In this document: positions 51,019 to 64,000 of the stretch, in pieces | Layout: the number at the start of each line of letters is the position of its first letter | Position numbering within the stretch: position 1 is the stretch's first letter | From: Eledone cirrhosa | Lineage: Eukaryota | Direction: 5' to 3' | NCBI GenBank assembly: GCA_964016885.1 | Contig: OZ024741.1 | Location: forward strand, 162,192,001 to 162,256,000 | Length of the DNA stretch: 64,000 nt | Made by a program: the position numbers and the translations under genes | The notes under the pieces: generated by a model | Told to the model about the DNA's origin: nothing | Databases searched by the model: none | The model's input: the letters and a program-made list of their open reading frames with translations, nothing else

Positions 51019-53303
51019 GTTATATAGTAAGGTGCATTATTGGTTGTGTTAAATGGTCCAATAAATTTATGTTAGCAATATTAAGTTCTCAACGCTTTTG
51101 TATATCTCCAATTCCATTCAATAGATGATGTAAAACGGAGTATAAGTATCAATATGAAAATCCGAAGGCAAGGTAAAATTCCAATCATTTAATCACGACA
51201 CATGTTTCAATAAGAGATAGATCGATTGTGAAGCCATGATCGATTATCACTGATCTCATCAGGTGAAAATGAATTGTCTTCAAATTCTTGATATGAGGGA
51301 GAAAAATAACGATGTTCTCTCACAGAATTCATTCCCTCATATGAAGACACACCAGTCAGAGACATGGCGACTGCTATTAACTTCAGTTGAGGTTATAAAA
51401 GTTGTCAGATTTCTATTGCTGCAAAAGACGCTGGACATCAATCAAATCTGTAGGGATACAGTCAGTCACAGTTAATGTGAGTGGGTACACACACACTCCA
51501 CACCCACATACACCGGCTCGAGGTCAAAGAAAAAAATATATACATGTATATACACACATCAACACAGTATCAAACCTGTAGAATTATAGAAGGTCACAGT
51601 TAGTGTGGGTGGGTACACACACACTCTCACACACACCGAAGCGATGTCAGAGAGAAAAAAACAAATATAAGAAAACAAATATAAGAATGTACCAACACAA
51701 CATTCACCGAAAGTTAGTTCACAAAACAACAGATGCTACATTGGTCAAATCTCAATTTGACGATGTAAATTGGAAATGTTGGGTTAACCACACACACACA
51801 AGCAAGTAAGTTCAGTTCAGTGTTCTGCTATACGTGTATAGATTGAATTGTAACATCTTCAAGTGTATGTTATGGTATATACACATCCATGTGAAGAGCA
51901 AGCAATCAGCTCATATCGAACTCAGTATGTACCGCTGTCCCATTGAGAATCCGAGTCACCAAATCCGTGCGTGCAAGCAACCGCAATGTAGGCCAGCAAG
52001 GGGCTCCGTGTAGGGTTGTGTATTGGCTCTCTATACATAACTCTACACACAGTACCCGTTTCCTTTAGACATTGAGCTCCCTCAATTACAACTATCACGT
52101 TCCTACCGACTGAATACTACACTAGGTTTTGATCCGTGATCATCTAACCATGGAGGACTCACTGTTACGGATTGAACAATAATATTTACACACCATTAAT
52201 GGGCCTACACACATCCTCTGGATTTTACTATCCTGTGTTTTTTTACTTCACCTTCTGTGTTGGATAACACACCTCCACCACTCAAACAACTATCCTAAAA
52301 GCTCATTGGCCCATATGGCGGGAAATCACACTTACTGACGCATTTACCCAATACCCAACCCTACACGGAGCCCCTTGCTGGCCTACATTGCGGTTGCTTG
52401 CACGCACGGATTTGGTGATTCCGATTCTCAGCGGTACATACTGAGTTCGATATGAGCTGATTGCTTGCTCTTCACATGGATGTGTATATACCCAGACATA
52501 GCCATTTTTGGACGATTCGGATGTGTATATACCATAACATACACTTGAAGATATGGATGTTACAATTCAATCTATACACGTATAGCAGAACACTGAACTG
52601 AACTTACTTGCTTGTGTGTGTGTGTATGGTGGTGGTGGTGGTGGTTTGCGGGTATGGAGCGTTGGTTAACTCAATATTTCCAATTTACATCGTTAAATTG
52701 AGATTTGACCAATGTAGCATCTGTTGTTTTGTGAACTAACTTTCGGTGAATGCTGTGTTGGTACATCCTTATATTTGTTTTCTTATATTTGTTTTTTTCT
52801 CTCTGACATCGCTTCGGTGTGTGTGAGAGTGTGTGTGTACCCACCCACACTAACTGTGACCTTCTATAATTCTACAGGTTTGATACTGTGTTGATGTGTG
52901 TATATACATGTATATATTTTTTCTTTGACCTCGAGCCGGTATATGTGGGTGTGGAGTGTGTGTGTACCCACTCACATTAACTGTGACCGACTGTATCCCT
53001 ACAGATTTGATTGATGTCCAGCGTCTTTTGCAGCAATAGAAATCTGACAACTTTTATGACCTCAACTGAAGTTAATAGCAGTCGCCATGTCTCTGACTGG
53101 TGTGTCTTCATATGAGGGAATGAATTCTGTGAGAGAACATCGTTATTTTTCTCCCTCATATCAAGAATTTGAAGACAATTCATTTTCACCTGATGAGATC
53201 ATTGATAATCGATCATGGCTTCACAATCGATCTATCTCTTATTGAAACATGTGTCGTGATTAAATGATTGGAATTTTACCTTGCCTTCGGATTTTCATTT
53301 TGA
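51017..53303. mobile_element. Inverted (head-to-head) pair of Penelope-like pLTR segments, each with an intact hammerhead core
   Basis: 51017-52025 is the reverse complement of about 16865-17948, and 52027-53303 matches 16545-17805. Hammerheads at 51194-51265(-) and 53187-53258(+). Confidence 0.75.
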
Positions 53304-55691
53304 TATATATATATATATGTATTCATGCATATAATGAGTAGTGTCAGTTGGTTGTCCTTTACTCATCAAGGGTATCTCCTAGTTTCAAGGTTGGGTGAAT
53401 AATTGAACGAAATGGGAACATTAACATAGCTGAAATATATATCCTAGCTATTTACTAAATATCCCTTTCGTTATTTTTAAGCATTAAATTTTAATTCTAT
53501 ATCCAATATGATATGTGTGTATGTATTTGTGTGTGCGTGCGTATGTGTGGGTGTATGCATATGCATAACATAAGTATATGTTCGTGTGTCTGTATGCAAT
53601 TAAATATACATGTATATATTGTTTTAATATATGTATACCCCCCCCCCCCCCCCACACACACACATATATCAATAAGCCAGTATATTATGAATGCCACTCT
53701 ATCTGTCTATCTGTCTATCTACCTATCTTCCTTCCTCTCCCCTTCTCCTCCCAATCTCCCCTTCTTTCTCCCTCTCTCTAAAAAAAGGTTAGGGCTTTCA
53801 AAGTCAAGGTTATACGTAATATAATAATTAAACCTTGTGTAGAGATAATAGAATTTACGGGGATTACAATGTAATAATTTAGTTTAGTGAAGTGTAAAAT
53901 ATGTGCAGTTTATCTACTGTAGTTATCGTTCAGTATTTTAACATTACTAACATCGTCACAAGGCCACAGAGGGGGTGTGAGTGGGTGCGAGAGGTGGCAT
54001 AATTAAACATGCTGACGTCATGCTTTGCAGCAAAGAGTTACGGCCCTTTATGGTCTGAGTTCAAATCCAGCTGAGGTTAACTTTGCCTTTCATCCTTATG
54101 GGGTCGATAAAATAAAGCACCAGTAATACACTGGGATAATTACTGGCCTTGTGCCAAAAGTAGAAACAATTATATTAACATCGGTGTCGTAACATTGTAA
54201 ATGTTGTATGGACCTGCGCTGCTCACAACGAGCTTTGTGTCATTGCTAACGGCTCTTTTTACTGAAGTATCAGGTGATGCTCGCGAGTGTGCTTAGCTAT
54301 TCAAACGTTTTAGCCTCGCTCTCACAAGTGGCAATACCCTGGGTCTCTTGTTCAGTTCACTTCAGTTTTACTATACCCCCACCCCCATTCTTGGGGCATA
54401 GGTCACCAACAAGTTTTCTTCAGCCATCATGGTCTTAGACCAGTCACACATCTGTGGAAATAAAGTTCTTTATTTTCCAACATCGTCAATTAAAGCAACA
54501 TTCTCATCATGTTCAATTTCTCAGTATTGGGAGGTGAAGATTTCAATTAAAGTTCTATTAATTAGCGCACCTGTTTGGATTCATGTCTAATTTATTAAAT
54601 CCCAATTCTCGGAGTAAATTTCGATTCGAATGATACAAACCTAGTTTGTTTCGTTCCCATCGCTTTGATAAATTAACAAATCAACCGTTAAATTGGTTGG
54701 CCTGCTCTAATATATTAAATGAAATTAATTAACATAACATGAAAAGTTTGGTCGTAATAGTCTGCAAATAGGCCACGCCCATACTGTTAATTTTTGCAGT
54801 GTCATGTGTTGTTCTTGTTGTTATTGTTGTTGTATATATAGCCCTGGGTCGGCTTTCATAGAAGAAAACTACGGTTATATAAGACTATATTGTCTAATGT
54901 GTCATTTTCATTTTTTTAAAAAGACGATAGGATGTGATCTGATAGAAACCTAACTGTTATTTCTAGCCGGTCGAACGACTACACACAAGCTCCATTGCAC
55001 TCCACCAAAATAAAATAAAAAACATAAATAAAACACTGATATGCATTTAAATATAGATGTCTCCAGGAGCTCCAGGTTCAAAATATTGAGCAGACGATAA
55101 TTATTATTACCCAACACTTCGACATCTCACCCTATATTTTGATATATCACTTATATATACTGCAGATAATGTTTCATTAGGACCCAGTAAAAATGTGTGG
55201 TGGACAGGCTGAATTTACCCTTGTGCTTAGGTGTGGTTAGGCACAGGGCTCCGTTGGTCAGTAGCGGGGGAGGGGGGGGGGGTATCTTCCTGCTAAAAAT
55301 GTTTTTTACGTCCTTCAGAGCCCAAGTTAGGGGCCTCATAACTTAACTAGCACAGGGTCTCATTTGTCCTAAATCCGGTACTGGCGGTGGATTGGCAATA
55401 TCGACAGAGCATTCAACAAAATGCTTTCACATATTTACTTACGACATTGTACATTCTGAGTTCAAATCCCGCTGAGGTCAAATTTGCCTTTTACTCTTCT
55501 GGAGTTCTAGTTAAGAACTGGGTTCGATAAAATCGACTTTCTCCACCCACCCAAATTGTCTGCCTTGTGCCTAAATCAGCAACTATTATGATCCAGTAAA
55601 TATAAAAATGGAAACGCTTTCAATAACTTTTAAGTGTCGTAGCCTGGAATTGAAGCTGTTTAGAGATAGTATCTACAAGAAGCAACATTTC

Positions 55692-55822
55692 CAGTCGATC
55701 TAACACTTACTCTTGTACAATCCCAATATCGACAGTCGATCTAACACTTACTCTTGTACAATCCCAATATCGACAGTCGATCTAACACTTACTCTTGTAC
55801 AATCCCAATATCGACAGTCGAT
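55692..55822. repeat. 41-bp tandem repeat, three copies
   Basis: CAGTCGATCTAACACTTACTCTTGTACAATCCCAATATCGA starting at 55692, 55733 and 55774. Confidence 0.95.
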
Positions 55823-55881
55823 CGATGTTCGTCAAATAGGTCCGAGGAAACAATGTTTCCATTGGTCTTTCCAATTGCTTA

Positions 55882-56316
55882 TCTATATTACTAAAATAAA
55901 GAATGTCTGTTTGTCTCTTTGTCTGTCTGTCTGTCTGTCCAATCACTAAAACTCGAGAACCACCCAACCGAGTTTTTTTCAAACTTTACACATGTAATAC
56001 TTATGGTCCCGTGAGTGTTTTGAGCAAAAAGATATTTCAAATTTTCTATGCCCTAGCGATTTAGCGATCTCTCTCTATAATTCTTAGTCGTTCTCTTTTT
56101 AGATAGATACATAGATATTACGTTGCGCCCTTATAATATCTGTCTGTATGCCTGGCTGTCTGCATTACGTCATTATGACGAGGTGTGTGTGTGTGTGTAT
56201 AGTGTGTAACGCTTTTCGAAATATTTACTTCTGCGTTCACAGATTTATTATTTTAGTTTCAGAAGATCCCGTTAAGGGTGAAACCAGCGATTCTTTGCTT
56301 AAACTTTAATCTGTTA

Positions 56317-56353
<37 letters not shown>

Positions 56354-56676
56354 GTGTACAGATATTTTTGCATACACATATAAACAAAAGTATTTATTTC
56401 GCGATAAAGTATTGATTTTCTTCGAACGGAAAAAAACCCTGGTAATGTACGACAAATTTTTTTTATAAGCACAAAATGTAGACACCAACCCGAGGCCGAG
56501 GTTTTCCGTAAGTCTTTGTACTGTTATTTATATATTCGTGTACAGATATTTTTGCATACACAATAATAAAATATAAACAAACGTATTTACTTCACGAGGC
56601 TCGATAAGGATAAATATATATCAAATATATAAGAACCCTAGAGCAATTCCCGAGCAACGCTGGGCCATTCTGCTAG
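55882..56676 (+). mobile_element. Non-autonomous Helitron; internal fragments also at 13390-13490, 31806-31930 and 38780-38940
   Basis: Starts A|TCTATATTACTAAAA, has (CTGT)n near the 5' end and a subterminal hairpin CCCGAGCAACGCTGGG, and ends CTAG|T. No TSD. Confidence 0.85.
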
Positions 56677-56829
56677 TACTATCTATAATGTCGCAACTCG
56701 AGGTAGAAGGAGCAAGGTGAAATAAAGTGTCTTGCCCAAGGACACAACGCATCGCCCAGTTCGGGATTCCAACTCACAACCTCATGATTCTCTAACCACT
56801 CAGACACGTGCCTTCACTATACACTAAGA

Positions 56830-57166
56830 CAGGGGTTCTCAACCTTTTTTTCGCTGTGGACCACCAAAATAAGTAATTTTTTCCTGTGGACCACCTAAAC
56901 TTTTAAATCTTTTGTAATAGAACTGCTACTTGTAAGCAGCAGTAGATGTTTTTTTCAATGGATTAGAAAATGCTATTATCATGTCGCAGTGCCTAAAAAT
57001 CTACGCAAATAAACAGCTGAAGTCGTACTTATGCGAAGAATAAGAACAGTGCTTTAAGGCAAATGCATGGATCAAAAAAGAATTTGCTATTGAAAATTTT
57101 CTGTGGACCACCTGAATTTTCCTGTGGACCACTAGTGGTCGACATGGACCAAGTTAAGAACCCCTG
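56830..57166. mobile_element. hAT (Buster/Charlie-type) MITE
   Basis: TIRs CAGGGGTTCTCAAC / GTTAAGAACCCCTG, TSD CACTAAGA / TACTAAGA, subterminal CTGTGGACCAC repeats. Confidence 0.9.
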
Positions 57167-57517
57167 TACTAAGATATACTCGTATAATAGGGTAGTACAT
57201 TAAATTATATCAAGATAGTTCATTACATTATCTCACGATTTCAAATAGTATAGACTTAACTTAGTTCAAGAAGCCGGTGAATTTATCAAGGCAAATTTTT
57301 TTTAGATTAAACAATGAAGAGTACGGAAATGATACATGTCAGTAAGAAGTTCAGAACAAAGAATATGACAGTTATGAAATGGAAAGAATCAAACGTGAGT
57401 ATGTGTCTGTGAAACATACATATACACCAAGTCTGAATACAAAGGAACTAAACTCCCACTGCCACTACTTCCGTCTCTCCCACTCTCATCATCTCTTACT
57501 ATTATGAGCAAATGGGG

Positions 57518-57700
57518 CAGAATAGAGAAAGCGTTTCTCCGGAGGATGGTGAGAGAAACGCGCTGGAAGAGCCATTCCAGCTCACGAGGCTCACACCTGT
57601 GCCGATGGTTGTGAGTAGGTGGGTGGCCCTAGGGTCAATAACATGAGACGTCTCCACTGCCATGGCCTCGACCGTAAACCTGTCGGAAAGCGACCGATCA
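57518..57700 (-). mobile_element. CRE-clade 3' fragment
   Basis: Reverse complement is homologous to about 48942-49120 (RSLSDRF..AVETS..EWLFQRVSL.ILRRNAFSIL). Confidence 0.75.
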
Positions 57701-57803
57701 TATGGCCGTAGTGTTTAAGGCCTGACACAACTTACTTCACCTTTAATCCGTCTATAATTAGTGCTGGTTCTTTCTATGAGTGCTCCCTTCTCTCTCTCTC
57801 TAC

Positions 57804-57835
<32 letters not shown>

Positions 57836-60084
57836 CTCTTTCCTCTCTCTCTCTCTTTCTCTCTGTGTGGAAGAAATCAGATTTGTTCACACATAGAGAA
57901 AGGGTGAGCTCCACCAGGTTATAAAAATAACATGTTGCCGCCCTTATGATTCTATCGGGAGTAACGGGTCTACACACGCATACATAGTATGAAGTAATAC
58001 AGGTGTCTATGAAGTATATACAATATATTTATATATAATAAAAATACGAGAGTCTCGCTATGAATTTTTTAAGCAGTGATCATGTCACAGTATCTCAGTA
58101 GCAGTGAGAATGTCAGACGGCTTTTTCTGAATTTTTATCCACCATCGGTGTCATTTACGCACTTAGACGATACTTAGACGGGAATAGGCTAAAGCCGATT
58201 TTGCGTGTGAAAAATCGGCTGGGGGGTACTCATTTGTACATAATGCGAACGAGATTTATTGGGGTTAATTATATATATATAGTTTCAGAGAGATACAAAA
58301 GATATCATTTCTTTATCATCGTAGAAATGTTATTGTCTGGTTATTTGTGTTGTTGGAGTTATTGTAGGCAACGAATTGGCAGAACCCTTCCAGTGTCGGC
58401 TTAAATGCCTCGGTCATAGTTCCGGCTCACTGCGCTCTGTATTCAAACCGTTCAGATGTCAACTTTGCCTTTCATTCTTTCGCGGTCAATAAATAAAGCA
58501 CCAACATCTGATCTGGCTTTGTGCGTCCTGATTTCAAATCTTGCCTCCTTCTGCCAGGAGTTGCGACCAGCAGATATTATCAGTAATATTGGCAGTATCG
58601 GTAGAGGGTCGGGTGCCATGCTTTGAAGCATGGAGTTACCTCCCTTTATGATCTGAGTTCAAATCCCGCTGAGGTTAACTTTGCCTTTCGTCCTTACGGG
58701 GTCGATAAAATAAAGTACCAGTAATGCACTGGGATAATTGCTGGCCTTGTGCCAAAAGTAGAAACAATTATCAGTTATGGAAAGACCCGTGGACACATTG
58801 TTTGCTTGGTCCGATCTGACGACCGGCTCCTTTCTTTCTAGTTTTTGTTGATTAGTCCTTGTTAAGCAAATCACATCGAGTTCGACTTTGCCTTTCATCC
58901 TTCCCTGGTATATAGAATGCCAGTGAAGGTGGTGGACTAGTGGAATAATTAGCTAATTGTTTCGGGTCTTTGCGTTCTGAGTGCAAATGCTGTCATGGCT
59001 TACTTTGGTAACAAAACCTAATCTGCCGCCCGGTTTGACATCATTTCGTTATTGAATGCTTTTAGCAGAGTCCGTTCTGTTGTAAACATTCTGACCAGGT
59101 CTCTGGTTGGAGGATATCTTCCTTCTTCCTTCCCTCCCTCACACCAGACCCAAAGGCCCTGAGAAATTATAGGGCTATGGTCTTCGTCCTTCATTCTGAT
59201 TGTACAATAAAACAACTGTCGTCAAAATCGTTTCAGACACGGCTTTTTATTGGTAAGTCATCCAATGTTTCTCTTGTTTTATAACAGAGTGGTTTGGTTT
59301 TAAGGAAGTTTGTCTGTTATTTCTAACAAGTTGATCGACAACGTAGAGGTCATTTCATTACTCTGCGACTGTAGTAGATGTTATTATTGCCGTTGCTGCA
59401 AAAGCAGCAATTATCGCTGATGCGGCTGGTATTTTTCATATTGTTTAGATTTCTAGTGCGTTATTAATTTCATTTGTTGCACAGAAAGGTTTCTGTTTAA
59501 GCGCTCATTTATTCGATTAGAATAATAAAATAGAAACCTCCTAGCAATAAAATAAAATGTATCACAAAGACGAAATGAGATTATTTTCGTTGTCACCAGT
59601 AAGATTTATTTGACATCACATCGATTTTGGCAATCACATATTTGTTATGTAGCATAGAAGTTCTAAAGGTAGTCGTGAATGTAGCGTGACAAATCGTTAA
59701 GAAGTTCGCATCGCAAACATAAAGTACCCGGTTCGATCTCACTGCGTGACATCTAGGGCAAGCCTTGTAAGTGAAATTGGGTAACGGAAACTTTCGAAGA
59801 TAGTCGGATGGACTGTACCTGTAATTCAAAGTTTCCAGCCTTGTCGCGTTAAATCTCCCTGGGAATTACACATATCTGTAGAATGTTCAGCCACTTACAC
59901 GTTAGTTTCATGAGCAGACTGTTTCGTTGATCGAACAACTGGAACACTCATCGTCGAAAATGATGGAAGGCCATTTCATTATATAAATGACAATTATACT
60001 CCATTGCTGTTTCCCCATGGTGGCCGTAATTGGACAGGCCGCAAATATTCACCTATAAAATGTTTAGTATTCACACGTATAAGG

Positions 60085-60742
60085 GCCGTGGTTTAGCAGA
60101 ATTGTTAGAGTGTAGGATAAAATATCTTTCAGTATTTAGCTACATCCCTTTATTTAAATATTACCGAGATCAACTTTGCATTTTATCCCTTCGATGCTGA
60201 TAAAATAAAGTAACAGTTAAGTACTGCATCGACAGAATTGATTTTCCTCTACCCTTCCTACTGAATTTATCGCCTTGTAACTATATTAGAAACTGTTATT
60301 TGCAAGGATGGTGGGGTTGGCGGAATCATTAGTGTCTTTTGGTATTCAGTTACGGCCCTCTGTTACAAATCCCACTGAGATTAATTCTGCCTTTCATCAT
60401 TCTGGTGACGATAACATAAAGTAGTAGTAAAGTACTTGGGTCTGAATAATCGAGTTTTACCTTTCCCATAAATTGTTGGCCTTGCGCCATAACTGAAAAC
60501 ATTATTTGAACGTACAACGTACAACAGTGATAAATTGGCATAATCGTTAGAGCATGGCTGGGGAAACGTTTTAAGGCATTTGTTCCGATTCTTTACGTTC
60601 TGAGTTCAAAACCCTTCGAAGTCAACTTTGCCTTTCCTTCTTCCAATAAAATAAAGGAACAGCCAATTACAGGGATCAATTTTCAATCAACTTTACCCTC
60701 CTACTAAATTGCTGGCCTTGTGCATAAATTAGAAACAATCAT
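60085..60742 (+). mobile_element. Three tandem, diverged family-1 SINE copies
   Basis: Head, body and GAAAC..T.ATTTG tail repeated at about 220-bp spacing. Confidence 0.7.
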
Positions 60743-61271
60743 TTGCACGTCATTCAACGAATGTCACACACACAAATGTTTCACTGGTAGTCTTCTCTCG
60801 GGCATTATATAATTAGCACATCACTGATAAGAGACATTTTAAAGAGTCTAAAGCAGAGTTTTCCTGACAAGTCACACTATATACAAATACACTCACTAGT
60901 CCACAAAAACATTTACATAAATACGCACATTGATTTACAACAATATTTACACAAATATACTAGTCCATTAAAACATTTACCTGTATGGAACAAGGCAAAT
61001 AACGTAGCCGTCATCACAATAGTCTGCAGTTAAAATGGCGTAAAGTGAAATATTTCTGTTTGGCGTAGTGCTACTTTGTGTCCAGAATACCATACGTTAA
61101 GCATAAAAAAATAGCGTTGAAACAATAGGCAGATATAATGTGAACGTTGACCTACTCAACTGACTTAATATCTCATGACAATGTATATATGGGCTCGAGT
61201 CATAGGGACACGTGTGCATTTTTAAAACCTGGCCGAGCCCATTCTCTCTCTAGCCAATTTCTTCCAGATAG

Positions 61272-61331
<60 letters not shown>

Positions 61332-61384
61332 AGAGTCAGGACCCCGACGGCTGAGCTTCAGCCGTTTCGACAGCTAGATCCGAA

Positions 61385-61420
<36 letters not shown>

Positions 61421-61624
61421 GAAAGAGTGAATAATAACATGGTCGGCTGTACAAAAAGGGTTTTATTTACAGTATTAAGAATCGTTTCATTGATCAGGTG
61501 AGTCTAAAGGCCGCTAATCACTCGAAATTGCGTCACTCGACCTTAAATAAAGTGTGTGTCTCTGATCAAATCATCGGAATACTCAACCTCTAACTGGATT
61601 ACCTAAACCGGTAATTTGTTATCC

Positions 61625-64000
<2,376 letters not shown>

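Noticed and set aside
59066-59252. Open frame ending at G|GTAAGT
   Set aside because: Weak acceptor and no recognisable homology; could arise by chance.

Overview
Animal (eukaryotic) AT-rich genomic DNA made almost entirely of repeats. The microsatellite load and SINE families resemble a coleoid cephalopod (Octopus-like) genome; this is inference, not verified. No host gene can be called with confidence, and most of the ORF track is translated microsatellite. The only long real ORF is a full-length R4/Dong-clade non-LTR retrotransposon (21620-25264, minus; RT plus restriction-like endonuclease) lying between TAA repeats. Also present are decayed hAT/Buster transposases, three hAT MITEs with target-site duplications, a non-autonomous Helitron, CRE, RTE and Tx1-like fragments, many tRNA-derived SINEs, Penelope-like pieces with hammerhead ribozymes, two minisatellites, a three-copy local duplication and several inverted duplications. 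Most notable: (1) a Naiad-type Penelope endonuclease whose only internal stop is a TGA at a conserved Cys (candidate selenocysteine); (2) a covarying pseudoknot shared by the Dong 5' leader and RTE-type leaders; (3) a 44-bp minisatellite built from a SINE head; (4) several hammerhead ribozymes. All calls were made by eye, without database searches.
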